The notes under the pieces are model-generated. The model saw only the letters and a program-made list of their open reading frames with translations. It made no database searches and was not told the origin of the DNA. Shown here in pieces: positions 9,427-19,149 of a stretch of 64,000 nt of DNA. A program made the translations under genes and the position numbers. Location: the NCBI GenBank assembly GCA_019058245.1, contig JAHPZJ010000026.1:21291-85290 (forward strand). Direction: 5' to 3'. Numbering within the stretch: position 1 is the stretch's first letter; each line of letters starts with the position of its first letter. The stretch is from Promethearchaeota archaeon. Its GTDB lineage: Archaea > Asgardarchaeota > Lokiarchaeia > Sigyniarchaeales > SOKP01.

Positions 9427-10308
9427 TTACCTTTTTAATGCATTATTTATTAGAGGTAATACCTTTATCAATAATTTTATTGAGTTATCAATTCCATTCT
9501 CCATATCAGGATGAATTTCATTTGAATGGAGCAAATCATATTTAGGATTCCCTGGTAAATCCGAAACCGATAATACTGAAATTGTTTTTAAATTGTAGAT
9601 TTTACCAAGCAAAAATAATATAGATGATTCCATGTCTACGGATTGAACATTTATTGAAGATAATGCTCTTACAAAATCTAAACTTTCACAAAATAAAGCA
9701 TCAGTAGTCCATAAATTAGTTTCTTTAACCTTATTTGAAAAAAGGGTATTACCTTCATTTACAAACAATTCTCTTAACATTTCATTAGGTTTAGATATGA
9801 AAATAGTTTGATTTCCTGTAAATATATTTTGAAATTTACCCAATGGATTTGTAATTGACTGTAATTCATTAACTAATGATGGATTTTCTCTTAAATATTG
9901 AGGACTTGTTCCATCATCGCAAAAAGCGAATTTTGGAATTAAAATATCTCCTATATTAATTGAAGAGTTAACATTTTCAATTCCACCACACACATCAATT
10001 CTAATAATTATTGTTGTCTTACATCTTCTTAATGCTTCTACAGCCATCGCACAATTTGGAGCTCCAACTAAAGAACGAACTATGCTAACTTTGACATTAT
10101 TCAATTCCCCATTATAAACTCTTCCATAATTTCTTTTGTTCTGCAATTTTTGCAATAGTTTTTTCATTAAAGGCTTTATTGCAGGTAGAATTACTATTTC
10201 ATTAAGATTTGAGGGACTTGTCTCAAGTATCATCCTTACGATCTTTTCATCTACACTAATGAATTTTAATCCCACATTCAATAATTCACTTTTTATTCTG
10301 TTTAGCAT
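9427..10308 (-). CDS. Nucleoside phosphorylase family protein (PNP/UDP)
   Basis: VGAPNCAMAVEAL, IIRIDVCGG, DGTS, WTTDALF, VDMESS motifs. Confidence 0.85.
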   Translation of the reverse strand: MLNRIKSELLNVGLKFISVDEKIVRMILETSPSNLNEIVILPAIKPLMKKLLQKLQNKRNYGRVYNGELNNVKVSIVRSLVGAPNCAMAVEALRRCKTTIIIRIDVCGGIENVNSSINIGDILIPKFAFCDDGTSPQYLRENPSLVNELQSITNPLGKFQNIFTGNQTIFISKPNEMLRELFVNEGNTLFSNKVKETNLWTTDALFCESLDFVRALSSINVQSVDMESSILFLLGKIYNLKTISVLSVSDLPGNPKYDLLHSNEIHPDMENGIDNSIKLLIKVLPLINNALKR

Positions 10309-10485
10309 TTTAGATCATCTCATCATTTATTCTAATTAACCAAAATAATAATTTTAGTTATAATCTAAAAGTAGTATACTAATTACTTATATACTTATAA
10401 ATATAAAGAATATAATTTAATATCTTAATAAAATACATTTATTTATATAAACTAGTGAGAACATTGAGTTCATTGTGGTAGCTTT

Positions 10486-11778
10486 ATGAAAAATAGGTTT
10501 ATTATTGATAACAAAATCACAAATGAATTTGTTGAGACTTATACAAAAACAACTTATAGAATTGTTGGAGAACATAAACACTCTTCCATTAAACCATGTC
10601 ATTGGCTTGAACAGAGATTGATGACTGGAAGGGATAATCGAAATTGCTATAAAGGAGTTTTTGGAATAAAAAGCCATAGATGCCTGCAAAATACACCTTC
10701 ATTGCCCTTTTGTAACCATCAATGTGTTTTTTGTTGGAGAGATCTAGAATCTGGATCTCTCGGAAGTGAATTCATTGGAGAACCAGATGATCCAAAATTA
10801 CTTATTGATGAAATGCTACGACATCATAAAGATATAATTGAGAATCACTTACCTTTGAGACGTTATCTCGATAATTATGAAATAATGATTGATACCCTCT
10901 ATTATATGCTTATGAATAATCAACAAGAGCATACCATAAATTCTCTTAGTAATAAGATTCATGTATCAAAAAGTAAAATTGAACGAGCAATTATACTTCT
11001 AAAAAACCAAAAATATGTTAAAAGTATCGATGAAACCTTCAACAGTTTTAGATTAGAAGATGATATTAATTGTTGTATCCAATCTAGAGATGAACTCGAA
11101 GTATTAATTAATAGAACATTAACAACACCTGATGAGATAATACAAGCACATAGTGAAGCAATAATGCCAAATCATGCTGCAATTTCGCTGGATGGAGAAC
11201 CACTATTATATCCAAGATTATCTCAATTGGTCGAAGAATTTAAAAGAAGAAATATGACCACATTCATAGTTACCAATGGAACATTACCAGAAAAAATTGA
11301 ATTATTAGACCCTCTACCATCTCAATTATATATTACCTTACCAGCATCTAACGAAAATGTTTATAAAAAAGTTTGTAGACCTATGATAAGAGATGGATGG
11401 AATAAAATAAGAAATAGTCTAGAATTAGTAGATTCTTTATCATCTAGAACATTGGTTAGGCTAACAGCAATAAAGGATTTAAATTTAAATGATGAATTTA
11501 TACGTGAATACGCTAAGATTATAGAAAAGACAAACCCAAACTTTTTTGAAATCAAGGGGTTTACTTTACAAGCAAAAGCTTTATTAATTAGTGAAAGATT
11601 GAAATCATATAAAGAGGTTCAAGATTATTTTCCAGAATATGAATATTTAGAAAACTTTGCTGAAAAATTTGAAGAAATTAGTGGTTTTCCATTAATTTAT
11701 CGAAATAAACCAAGCAGAGATTTCTTATTTGCAGTAAATTGGGATCCTAATAAAGATCCTAAAATAACCAATCCATAA
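10486..11778 (+). CDS. taw1: tRNA 4-demethylwyosine synthase (radical SAM) with internal wHTH-like insert
   Basis: HSSIKPCHW, CYKGVFGIKSHRCLQNTP, CNHQCVFCWR, HAAISLDGEP, TTFIVTNGT, PSQLYITL. Confidence 0.92.
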   Translation: MKNRFIIDNKITNEFVETYTKTTYRIVGEHKHSSIKPCHWLEQRLMTGRDNRNCYKGVFGIKSHRCLQNTPSLPFCNHQCVFCWRDLESGSLGSEFIGEPDDPKLLIDEMLRHHKDIIENHLPLRRYLDNYEIMIDTLYYMLMNNQQEHTINSLSNKIHVSKSKIERAIILLKNQKYVKSIDETFNSFRLEDDINCCIQSRDELEVLINRTLTTPDEIIQAHSEAIMPNHAAISLDGEPLLYPRLSQLVEEFKRRNMTTFIVTNGTLPEKIELLDPLPSQLYITLPASNENVYKKVCRPMIRDGWNKIRNSLELVDSLSSRTLVRLTAIKDLNLNDEFIREYAKIIEKTNPNFFEIKGFTLQAKALLISERLKSYKEVQDYFPEYEYLENFAEKFEEISGFPLIYRNKPSRDFLFAVNWDPNKDPKITNP

Positions 11779-11814
11779 TAAGTGTAAGTTTACTAACAAT
11801 GAGTTATTAATTTG

Positions 11815-12444
11815 TTAGCTTTTTTTGATGGCTTGTTCTACGATTTTATTATATTGTTCTTTAAAATCTTCAATGTTTTCTACCATCTCTTTAAAAAATT
11901 CTAACCATCTTATTTCCGCTTCATTATGAAATCTCCAGTGTTTTAAAGGAAGTAAATAGAAAGGACTTAATTCATATAGATAATGAGATTGAACGAACTG
12001 TTCCCCTTCATCTGCCCTTTTGAACATTTTTTGTCTTTCTTCAATTTGATTCTCTATAGAATCCAATATGAATTTTTTTCCCTTAATCATACCAAATAGT
12101 ATTATAAAAGGAGTTAAGGCATCTATATCAAAAAAAATATCTTGTGTATAATTAAGAAAATAAGAAATTTGCTCTTGGAATTCTTTCTTACCCTTATTTA
12201 ACAATTTATAGATTGTTTGTTCGGGTCTATTACCTTTTTGTTTAGATCCTACTTCTCTGATAAATCCATCATTTTCGAGTTTTTTTAAAGTATAATAGAA
12301 TGATGCATTTGTGGCTTTAATATAGTGGTCATATCGCCATTCTTTTGCTTGGGAAATGAGCTCATAACCGCTCATAGGTTTAGGAATTGTATACATTACC
12401 CCTAATATGAACGTTTTAAGTGATGTAAACCTCTTTTTAGGCAT
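11815..12444 (-). CDS. PadR-family transcriptional regulator
   Basis: PMSGYEL...SFYYTLKKLENDGFI...GNRPEQTIYKL...GKKEF; C-terminal AEIRWL. Confidence 0.9.
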   Translation of the reverse strand: MPKKRFTSLKTFILGVMYTIPKPMSGYELISQAKEWRYDHYIKATNASFYYTLKKLENDGFIREVGSKQKGNRPEQTIYKLLNKGKKEFQEQISYFLNYTQDIFFDIDALTPFIILFGMIKGKKFILDSIENQIEERQKMFKRADEGEQFVQSHYLYELSPFYLLPLKHWRFHNEAEIRWLEFFKEMVENIEDFKEQYNKIVEQAIKKS

Positions 12445-12616
12445 ATTTTTGAACCAATATCTTATTCGAATCTATTATAGTTGATATTAAAAGAATGATT
12501 AATTTTAAATAGTTAAATTTAAATATTTAACTTTAATTATATAATATGATTAAAAATATTTAAAATTTTAGGCGATAAATTAGAAATGATAGAAAATGGT
12601 GGTGTTTTTTTAAAGT

Positions 12617-13153
12617 ATGGAAAAAAATCAAGATAGCACGAAAGAAAAGAATAAAAAATTCAGTATCAAAGATATAATATTTACAACTGTATTTACGCTA
12701 AGTTTTATTATTCAAATTGTTTTAATGTTCCTATTTTTTAACGAATTACAATTGATTGCATTAGTATATATTGGTTACATTATTTGGGGATTTAGTCTTT
12801 ATTTTGCCCTTATATCTTTTTGGACGTTCAAGAAGAGAGGAGGTGTAGAAAAGGGAAAGAGTTATCTAAATACAACAAAAGTAGTTGATAAGGGTCCATA
12901 TGCTATAATTCGCCATCCCCAATATTTAGGAGGAATACTCTTTAGCATTACTATTACCTTATGGACTCAGTTATTGATAAGTCTAATCCTTAGTATTATC
13001 ATTATAATATTAACTTATCAATGGACTTATTCCGAGGATAAAAAACTTATCGAAAAATTCGGCGAAGAATATAGAATTTATAGAGAAAAAGTACCTCGTC
13101 TTAATCCAATATTAGGTATAATTAAATATTTTTCTCAACAAAAGCTGAGCTAA
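12617..13153 (+). CDS. Isoprenylcysteine carboxyl methyltransferase (ICMT/PEMT) family membrane protein
   Basis: VVDKGPYAIIRHPQYLG and EDKKLIEKFGEEYRIYREKVPR. Confidence 0.88.
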   Translation: MEKNQDSTKEKNKKFSIKDIIFTTVFTLSFIIQIVLMFLFFNELQLIALVYIGYIIWGFSLYFALISFWTFKKRGGVEKGKSYLNTTKVVDKGPYAIIRHPQYLGGILFSITITLWTQLLISLILSIIIIILTYQWTYSEDKKLIEKFGEEYRIYREKVPRLNPILGIIKYFSQQKLS

Positions 13154-13177
13154 TATAATATAATTGACTTTATAATT

Positions 13178-13684
13178 TTGATTATTTGGATCGTTTTGAT
13201 GATATATTTTATGCGTTGGCTTATTTGGGCGATTAAGGCGAAAAGCAAATATGAAGTTGCTATGTGTTTAGCAATGACACTATATTTTACTAGTTTCCTA
13301 TTAAGTTTCTATTTTAAACAGTTTTATGATAACATATTATTATTTGTTTCCGGAATGATTTTGTGTGGCTTCGGAATATTCATTTTCATGAGTCAACTTA
13401 TAATTATGAAAAAGTTAGGTCAAGGTGAGCACTGGGAGGATACAAAAGTCCTTATTATAAAGGGATGGTTTAAATATATGCGTCATCCTATGTATTTTGG
13501 TTTAGCTATAGCAAATATTGGAATTATATTGGGAATGCCTACGCTTCTAACTTTAATTCTTACACCAATATCAATATTATTTTGTTTATTAAGTTCAATT
13601 TGGGAAGATTAGGCGAATTTGGAAAAATTTGGTAATGACTATGAAGAATATAAGAAAAACGTTAAATTATGGGGAATTATATAA
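13178..13684 (+). pseudogene. Second ICMT/PEMT-family gene interrupted by in-frame TAG at 13610-13612
   Basis: KGWFKYMRHPMYFG. After WED-TAG the frame continues ANLEKFGNDYEEYKKNVKLWGII-TAA, which is the conserved family C-terminus. Confidence 0.75.
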
Positions 13685-13698
13685 CCTCTAAATTTCCT

Positions 13699-14328
13699 TT
13701 ATTTTATTAAATGTTTCTGTATTATCTGATTTAATTTTCCCAGATTTGTTTTCTTTAAAGCTGAAAATTCTAAATATGGGTTGTTTATTTTATCTCCAAA
13801 TTTATGATTCTCAAGAGAAACAAGATTCAACCCAGATTGCTTAGCTGAATCGGCAAAGAGAGTAATAATTTTATTTTTATCAGAATTAGATAATTTATCA
13901 ATCTTGTTTATGATTATTAAGAGAGGAATCTTAAACTCTCTAAGAAAGCTAATTAATTCAAAGCTTAACGGAATAGTTTTCTTATTCTCAATAAGATATT
14001 TATTCATCTCATCTTCTATTCTGAGAATATTAATTACAACTAACCCAAAAAAGTAATCTGCATGGTTTTTCTCAATATGTAGTACAATCTGTTTTTTTAC
14101 ATGCTCTTCTCTCCGACGACTTGAGTGTGTCATGTATCCGAATCCTGGAAGGTCGACAATCTGATATGGAAGATTTCTATGTATAACTGGTTTAATTAAT
14201 AAAGTGCTACCGGGAGTTTTGCCAATTTTACCTTTAAATTTTCTAGGATTTGGCACCAGCAATCTTGTTATTGAGCTCTTTCCTACATTAGAATTTCCGA
14301 TCACTAAAAGTGTAGGTTTTGGGTTCAT
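13699..14328 (-). CDS. engB: EngB/YihA-family GTPase
   Basis: GNSNVGKSS, GKTPGST, DLPGFGY, NKID, FSALKKTN. Confidence 0.9.
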   Translation of the reverse strand: MNPKPTLLVIGNSNVGKSSITRLLVPNPRKFKGKIGKTPGSTLLIKPVIHRNLPYQIVDLPGFGYMTHSSRRREEHVKKQIVLHIEKNHADYFFGLVVINILRIEDEMNKYLIENKKTIPLSFELISFLREFKIPLLIIINKIDKLSNSDKNKIITLFADSAKQSGLNLVSLENHKFGDKINNPYLEFSALKKTNLGKLNQIIQKHLIK

Positions 14329-14352
14329 TTTTTCTGTTATTAAAAATCAAAA

Positions 14353-15243
14353 TTAAATATCAAGAAAATCCTCATCAAGAAAATCCTTAAACATTTTTTT
14401 TTTCTCTTTTTCTTTTATAACTGGTCTTGTGCTAATAGGTTCCCCTGCTTCTTCTAATATGTTCTTTAATGATTCAACATTAATATTAACTTTAAATTTT
14501 CCGTCTTTTAAAAATCGTACGATTTGCTTATTGTTTAAGTTCAATCTTAAAATATAACCTAAACCGAAGTAAAATTGATGTTCTGGAATTGGATCAATAG
14601 GTGATTTGCTTGTAACTTCTTTTAATACATCAAATAATAGCTGTTTTGAAGCAATATGGTCTTCAATATTGAATACTAAATAATAGAGGGCATGATACCA
14701 AATCTTATCACGTTTATTTTTGATATAATCTAAAAACTTCTCTGGTGTAATAACTTCTTCTGCTTCAAGCTCTTTTCTTTTTAATAGCTCCTGTTTTATT
14801 CTTTCTTCTAATTCCTTAGGAATACTCTGAGACGTTTCAATTTTTCCTTCTTGTTCAAATTCCGCTTCAACATCCTCATGTTTGACTGTTTCAATAGCTT
14901 CTTGCATTTCTCTCAATTCATCAAAATCAATCTCATCCATATCGGAAAAATCTGATATCATAGCTTCTTTAAATTCCTGTTCTTCTTTAAGTTCATCAAT
15001 AATTTCTGCTTCTTCAGATATATCTTCACTAATTATATTAACTTCAGATAATTCTTCACCTACTTTTACTTTCTCAATCGCTTCTTGTATTTCTTGAAGT
15101 TCTTCCATATCTAAATCCTCTAAATCAGAAAAGTCAGTTTCAAGTGCTTTCATATCTTTAATGTAAGTTTCTAAATCATCATTTTGGTCTTCACTTTCTT
15201 CACTTTCTTGTTTTTCACTTTCTTTTTCTTGATTTTCGTTCAT
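14353..15243 (-). CDS. Hypothetical protein: acidic N-terminus with internal repeat, globular (possibly wHTH-like) C-terminal domain
   Basis: 296 aa. Repeat DFSDLEDLDMEELQEIQEAIEKVK / DFSDMDEIDFDELREMQEAIETVK. Confidence 0.7.
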   Translation of the reverse strand: MNENQEKESEKQESEESEDQNDDLETYIKDMKALETDFSDLEDLDMEELQEIQEAIEKVKVGEELSEVNIISEDISEEAEIIDELKEEQEFKEAMISDFSDMDEIDFDELREMQEAIETVKHEDVEAEFEQEGKIETSQSIPKELEERIKQELLKRKELEAEEVITPEKFLDYIKNKRDKIWYHALYYLVFNIEDHIASKQLLFDVLKEVTSKSPIDPIPEHQFYFGLGYILRLNLNNKQIVRFLKDGKFKVNINVESLKNILEEAGEPISTRPVIKEKEKKKMFKDFLDEDFLDI

Positions 15244-15345
15244 ATTAATTTATTTAAGGTTTTTGATTACAATTTGTAATAACTATATAATTAAAGTATT
15301 AAATTCGTATAATTAAAATTGTTCTAAATATTAATAGACTTTAGT

Positions 15346-16056
15346 ATGGATAAAATTAACCTAGATAATTATAAAGGAATTATCTTTGATATGGATGGAG
15401 TTATATTTAATATTTCTGATGCAATTAGGAAAGCAGTCGATGATTCAGTGAATAAGTATCAACTCAATGTTAAACAAAATGAAGTAATGGAAGAGATAGC
15501 CCTCCTAATCGAAGAACTTCAAAATTATCCTGTACCAAAAATAATTCTTAATTCCTATAACCTATTAAAGGTACAATTCTTAGAAGGACTGAATTATTTT
15601 AAGAAATTGCGAATTGCAATTTTTATGTTTAATCAATTTAATAAGTATAAAGATGCAGAATCCTCAATATATGATGGAATAGATAAATTAGTATCAACAT
15701 TATCGAAACATAGGAAATTAGCTATATTAACAAACAATAAGAGTCAATATGCAGAAGAAATTCTAGATAAATTTGATTTATCAGATTTTTTCGGTACAAT
15801 AATAGGTTTTAATGATGTCTCAGAAGTAAAACCTAATCCTGAAGGAATTCTTAAAATTCTTGACAAATGGAATATAAAACCTGAAGAGGCAATTTTCATT
15901 GGCGATATGACAACTGATATCGATGCAGGTAAGGCAGCAAATGTCACAATGATTTGTGTTGCCAGCGGACTTGCTCAAAAACAAACTTTAAAGCAGCATA
16001 AACCCGATATTTTAGTAGATAATACAAAAGAATTGATTAAGCTTTTTTCTCTTTAA
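15346..16056 (+). CDS. HAD-IA family hydrolase (phosphoglycolate phosphatase-like)
   Basis: IIFDMDGV, ILTNN, KPNP, IGDMTTDIDAG. Confidence 0.9.
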   Translation: MDKINLDNYKGIIFDMDGVIFNISDAIRKAVDDSVNKYQLNVKQNEVMEEIALLIEELQNYPVPKIILNSYNLLKVQFLEGLNYFKKLRIAIFMFNQFNKYKDAESSIYDGIDKLVSTLSKHRKLAILTNNKSQYAEEILDKFDLSDFFGTIIGFNDVSEVKPNPEGILKILDKWNIKPEEAIFIGDMTTDIDAGKAANVTMICVASGLAQKQTLKQHKPDILVDNTKELIKLFSL

Positions 16057-16311
16057 TTAAAAACTTTAATATAGTTTTCAAAAAGAATTATTTTAATAAA
16101 TCTATTGTAGATATATCCAATGAAAAATTGAGTTAGTTTTTGAAGTAAAACGATTAATAATATTTATTAGGAATGTCAACAGAATATATTAAATAAAGAA
16201 AATCAGAGTATACAAAGATTTTTAAGACGTTTAAAAAGTATCATAAAAGTTTCATAAATAATAATAAAAACTATCTCCCTATATTAGTATTAAAGAATAA
16301 TCGATGATTCT

Positions 16312-17550
16312 ATGTCTTCAGACATTTCTAGTTTTATAAAAGTTATTTCAAAATTTTTAGATTTAAAATCTACAAAAATTGATAAATTACAAAAGATTGA
16401 CGATGTCCTAAAATTACATATCAACTCCTATAAATTTATTGATAAAGAAGAGGCAACTATAATTAAACAATTATTAGAAGTTACTACGATTTTAGATGCT
16501 TCTAAATTAAATAAAGAAAATCCATTTGAAGTCTTAACTGAAATTGAGGAAACTGATGATTCTATCGAGTTAACAGCTAACTTGGAGCAAAAAATTGAGG
16601 AACTTAAAGTAAAATATCCAAAACTTGAGGAGAAATTAAAAAAAACAGCGACAATTAGCTCACTTATCGCAAGTGTAAAAGAAGATAAAGAAGGAATTGA
16701 TATAGAAGCTCAAAAAGTACTTGTGGCAGGGCTCGATAATGCAGGTAAAACCGCTACCTTGTCGAAATTTGGAGGGCGTTTAGGAATAAGTGATATGATT
16801 ACTACTCACCCTACTAAAGGGGTTGTTCGAATGAAGTTTGGTACTTCTAATCTCTCACTCTATATATGGGATCTTGGGGGTCAACAAGAATACAGAGAAA
16901 GATACTTAGAAAATCCAGAGCAATATTTTCTACAACTTGATTTGTTAATTTATGTAATTGATGTTCAAGATCCAGAAAGATTTGAAGAATCTCTTGAATA
17001 TTTTGAAAAAATTATTGATGAAATTATTTTATTAGAGGAGAATCCATATATTATAATTTTTATTCATAAGTATGACCCTGACATAAAAAATGACCCAAAA
17101 ATACTCTTGAATATTGAACTGTTAAAAGATAATTTAAATGAATTATTCAAAAACAAAAAAAATGATTTTAATAATGAAACATATTTAACTTCTATATACT
17201 CATTAATTTCTCGAGAGCCTCAGTTCGCTAAGTATATTAAAAATCTTATGAGTGCTAATCATTCACTTTCAGATCCTACTGTACGAAAAGTTGAGGGTTT
17301 AGGAAAAACACTTGAAGAGACCTTAAATGCGGTCATTAGATTATCTGAAAGTATTTCATCACAACTCAATGATCTTGATAGTCGTCTTAGAGCGATAGAA
17401 TCGGGAGCATTTCAAGTCGCGCAAAGTGGAATTCCCATTGAAATCGCAAATCCAAATCAAACTGGAATTAGACCCCAAGAAAATACTCGATTAAGAGTCC
17501 TAAATGAATTGAAAGATTTATTTAGTAAGAGAAAAAGCTTAGATTTTTAA
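16312..17550 (+). CDS. Asgard Arf-related small GTPase with N-terminal extension and C-terminal coiled coil
   Basis: G1 GLDNAGKT, G2 PTKG, G3 WDLGGQ, G4 HKYD, G5 TSI. Confidence 0.9.
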   Translation: MSSDISSFIKVISKFLDLKSTKIDKLQKIDDVLKLHINSYKFIDKEEATIIKQLLEVTTILDASKLNKENPFEVLTEIEETDDSIELTANLEQKIEELKVKYPKLEEKLKKTATISSLIASVKEDKEGIDIEAQKVLVAGLDNAGKTATLSKFGGRLGISDMITTHPTKGVVRMKFGTSNLSLYIWDLGGQQEYRERYLENPEQYFLQLDLLIYVIDVQDPERFEESLEYFEKIIDEIILLEENPYIIIFIHKYDPDIKNDPKILLNIELLKDNLNELFKNKKNDFNNETYLTSIYSLISREPQFAKYIKNLMSANHSLSDPTVRKVEGLGKTLEETLNAVIRLSESISSQLNDLDSRLRAIESGAFQVAQSGIPIEIANPNQTGIRPQENTRLRVLNELKDLFSKRKSLDF

Positions 17551-17554
17551 TTTT

Positions 17555-18280
17555 TTACTTTTTGTTCTCTCTTAAAATACTCCTTAATTGTTTTTCAATT
17601 GCAAGCAAAAAAATTAAAACAAAAATAATTAATGAGAGTAAAAAATATCCTAAATTACTAATTAATAAAGGATTTATTTGTTGATAATGAATTTCATACG
17701 TTGAAAATTGTTCTAAGTAAGAAAGAAATAGAACTAGTAGTGGTCCCATCAGATAAATAGCAATTAAAAATCCTATTATCCCAAATATACTACCAAAAAT
17801 AACATCCGAAGGATAATGAACACCAAGCTGAATTCTTGAAAAACATACGATACATGCAAATCCTAAAAAAAGAATTGTAATGAATAGTGAATTTAGAAAA
17901 AAGAATCCAATCAAAAGTCCATTTGCTACAATATTATAAGCATGCCAAGATGGAAAGCTTCTTGAAATTGGCCTTCGTTCAAAAACTATAATTTTATCTT
18001 CTTTAAAACTTTCAAATGGTCTTTTTCTTTTTACAGCTTGTTTGATCACTAATATTAAGACTAAACCAATAAGAAATGTGGTAGAGATATAAGATAGCAA
18101 AAATGGATCATACCAGATTAACAAATAAAAGGCAATTAAATATAGCCAAATAGTTTCTCTTCCGAAAAAAGAAAAAAATTTTAAAATATAGGTAATTGGT
18201 TTGCCTCCCATTCCGTTGTATTTTAAAATAATTTTCTGATCCCATTGGTCAATTTTCTTTAAAATATTTGATATTTTCAT
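17555..18280 (-). CDS. PAP2-family membrane phosphatase
   Basis: KQAVKRKRP, SFPSWH, SRIQLGVHYPSD. Confidence 0.9.
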   Translation of the reverse strand: MKISNILKKIDQWDQKIILKYNGMGGKPITYILKFFSFFGRETIWLYLIAFYLLIWYDPFLLSYISTTFLIGLVLILVIKQAVKRKRPFESFKEDKIIVFERRPISRSFPSWHAYNIVANGLLIGFFFLNSLFITILFLGFACIVCFSRIQLGVHYPSDVIFGSIFGIIGFLIAIYLMGPLLVLFLSYLEQFSTYEIHYQQINPLLISNLGYFLLSLIIFVLIFLLAIEKQLRSILRENKK

Positions 18281-18305
18281 TACAATCTAAAAAAAAGCTT
18301 CTATT

Positions 18306-19100
18306 TTAAATACTATCTAAATATGAATACATCTCTAACAGTTTTGGGATCTTATTTTCAAAATATTGTAAAGAATGCGAATCGGATCCTACAAAAAAAC
18401 TTGCACCCTCATTCTTTAACTTTTTTACAACATTCAGAGAAGGAAAAGTTCTCTTTATAGGAAATTTTAATCCTGATATATTTACCTCTATTTTGATATT
18501 ATTTTTTATACATAACCGCCCTAAATCTATTACACGATTATCAGAGACATCGCAATCATCTTCTGGTTTAAATTCATTATTATTTATATATCGGAAAATT
18601 GTATCTATATGACATATGTTCTTAAAAATTTTAGAATTAATCATCTTTCTACTAACTTCAAAATAGTCGTCAATAATTTTTTTCATTGGCACTTTATCTA
18701 ATAAGCTTGATAACCGTTCTTTACTTGTAATCGGATATCCTTTAATCCACTCATGAATGGTTCCTCCAATAAAATCCAATTCTTTTTCATAATCATCCAT
18801 AAATTCCATTAATAGAATTTCTCTATCCTCATAATAATCCACTTCTAATCCACTTAAAATAAAATCGTATGTCTCTTTTAACTTATCAATTTCTTCAAGA
18901 TAATCATTAACTCTCCCATTGTGAAATGGATTATTCTTATTAATTTCTATGTAATAAAGCTCATAATGATTAAGAAAACAGACATTAATTTGATGCTCTT
19001 CAGCGACTAGAATGTAATCTTCAAAAGTAGGACCATCATCGGCAACATCCTCACTCCAACCCTTCGAGTGAACATGATAATCAGTATATTTATACTTCAT
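18306..19100 (-). CDS. PHP-family histidinol-phosphatase-like protein (HisJ/HisK)
   Basis: DYHVHS, GLEVDY, GTIH, CHID, GSDSH. Start moved to the ATG at 19100, which removes the overlap with the upstream gene. Confidence 0.85.
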   Translation of the reverse strand: MKYKYTDYHVHSKGWSEDVADDGPTFEDYILVAEEHQINVCFLNHYELYYIEINKNNPFHNGRVNDYLEEIDKLKETYDFILSGLEVDYYEDREILLMEFMDDYEKELDFIGGTIHEWIKGYPITSKERLSSLLDKVPMKKIIDDYFEVSRKMINSKIFKNICHIDTIFRYINNNEFKPEDDCDVSDNRVIDLGRLCIKNNIKIEVNISGLKFPIKRTFPSLNVVKKLKNEGASFFVGSDSHSLQYFENKIPKLLEMYSYLDSI

Positions 19101-19149
19101 AAATAAACAAGATGAATAATTTAGGAAAAGAAATAAAAATTTAGATATG

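Noticed and set aside
10850-11140. Intein in taw1
   Set aside because: No C/S...HN-C/S/T splice junctions or LAGLIDADG motifs; the insert looks like a wHTH.
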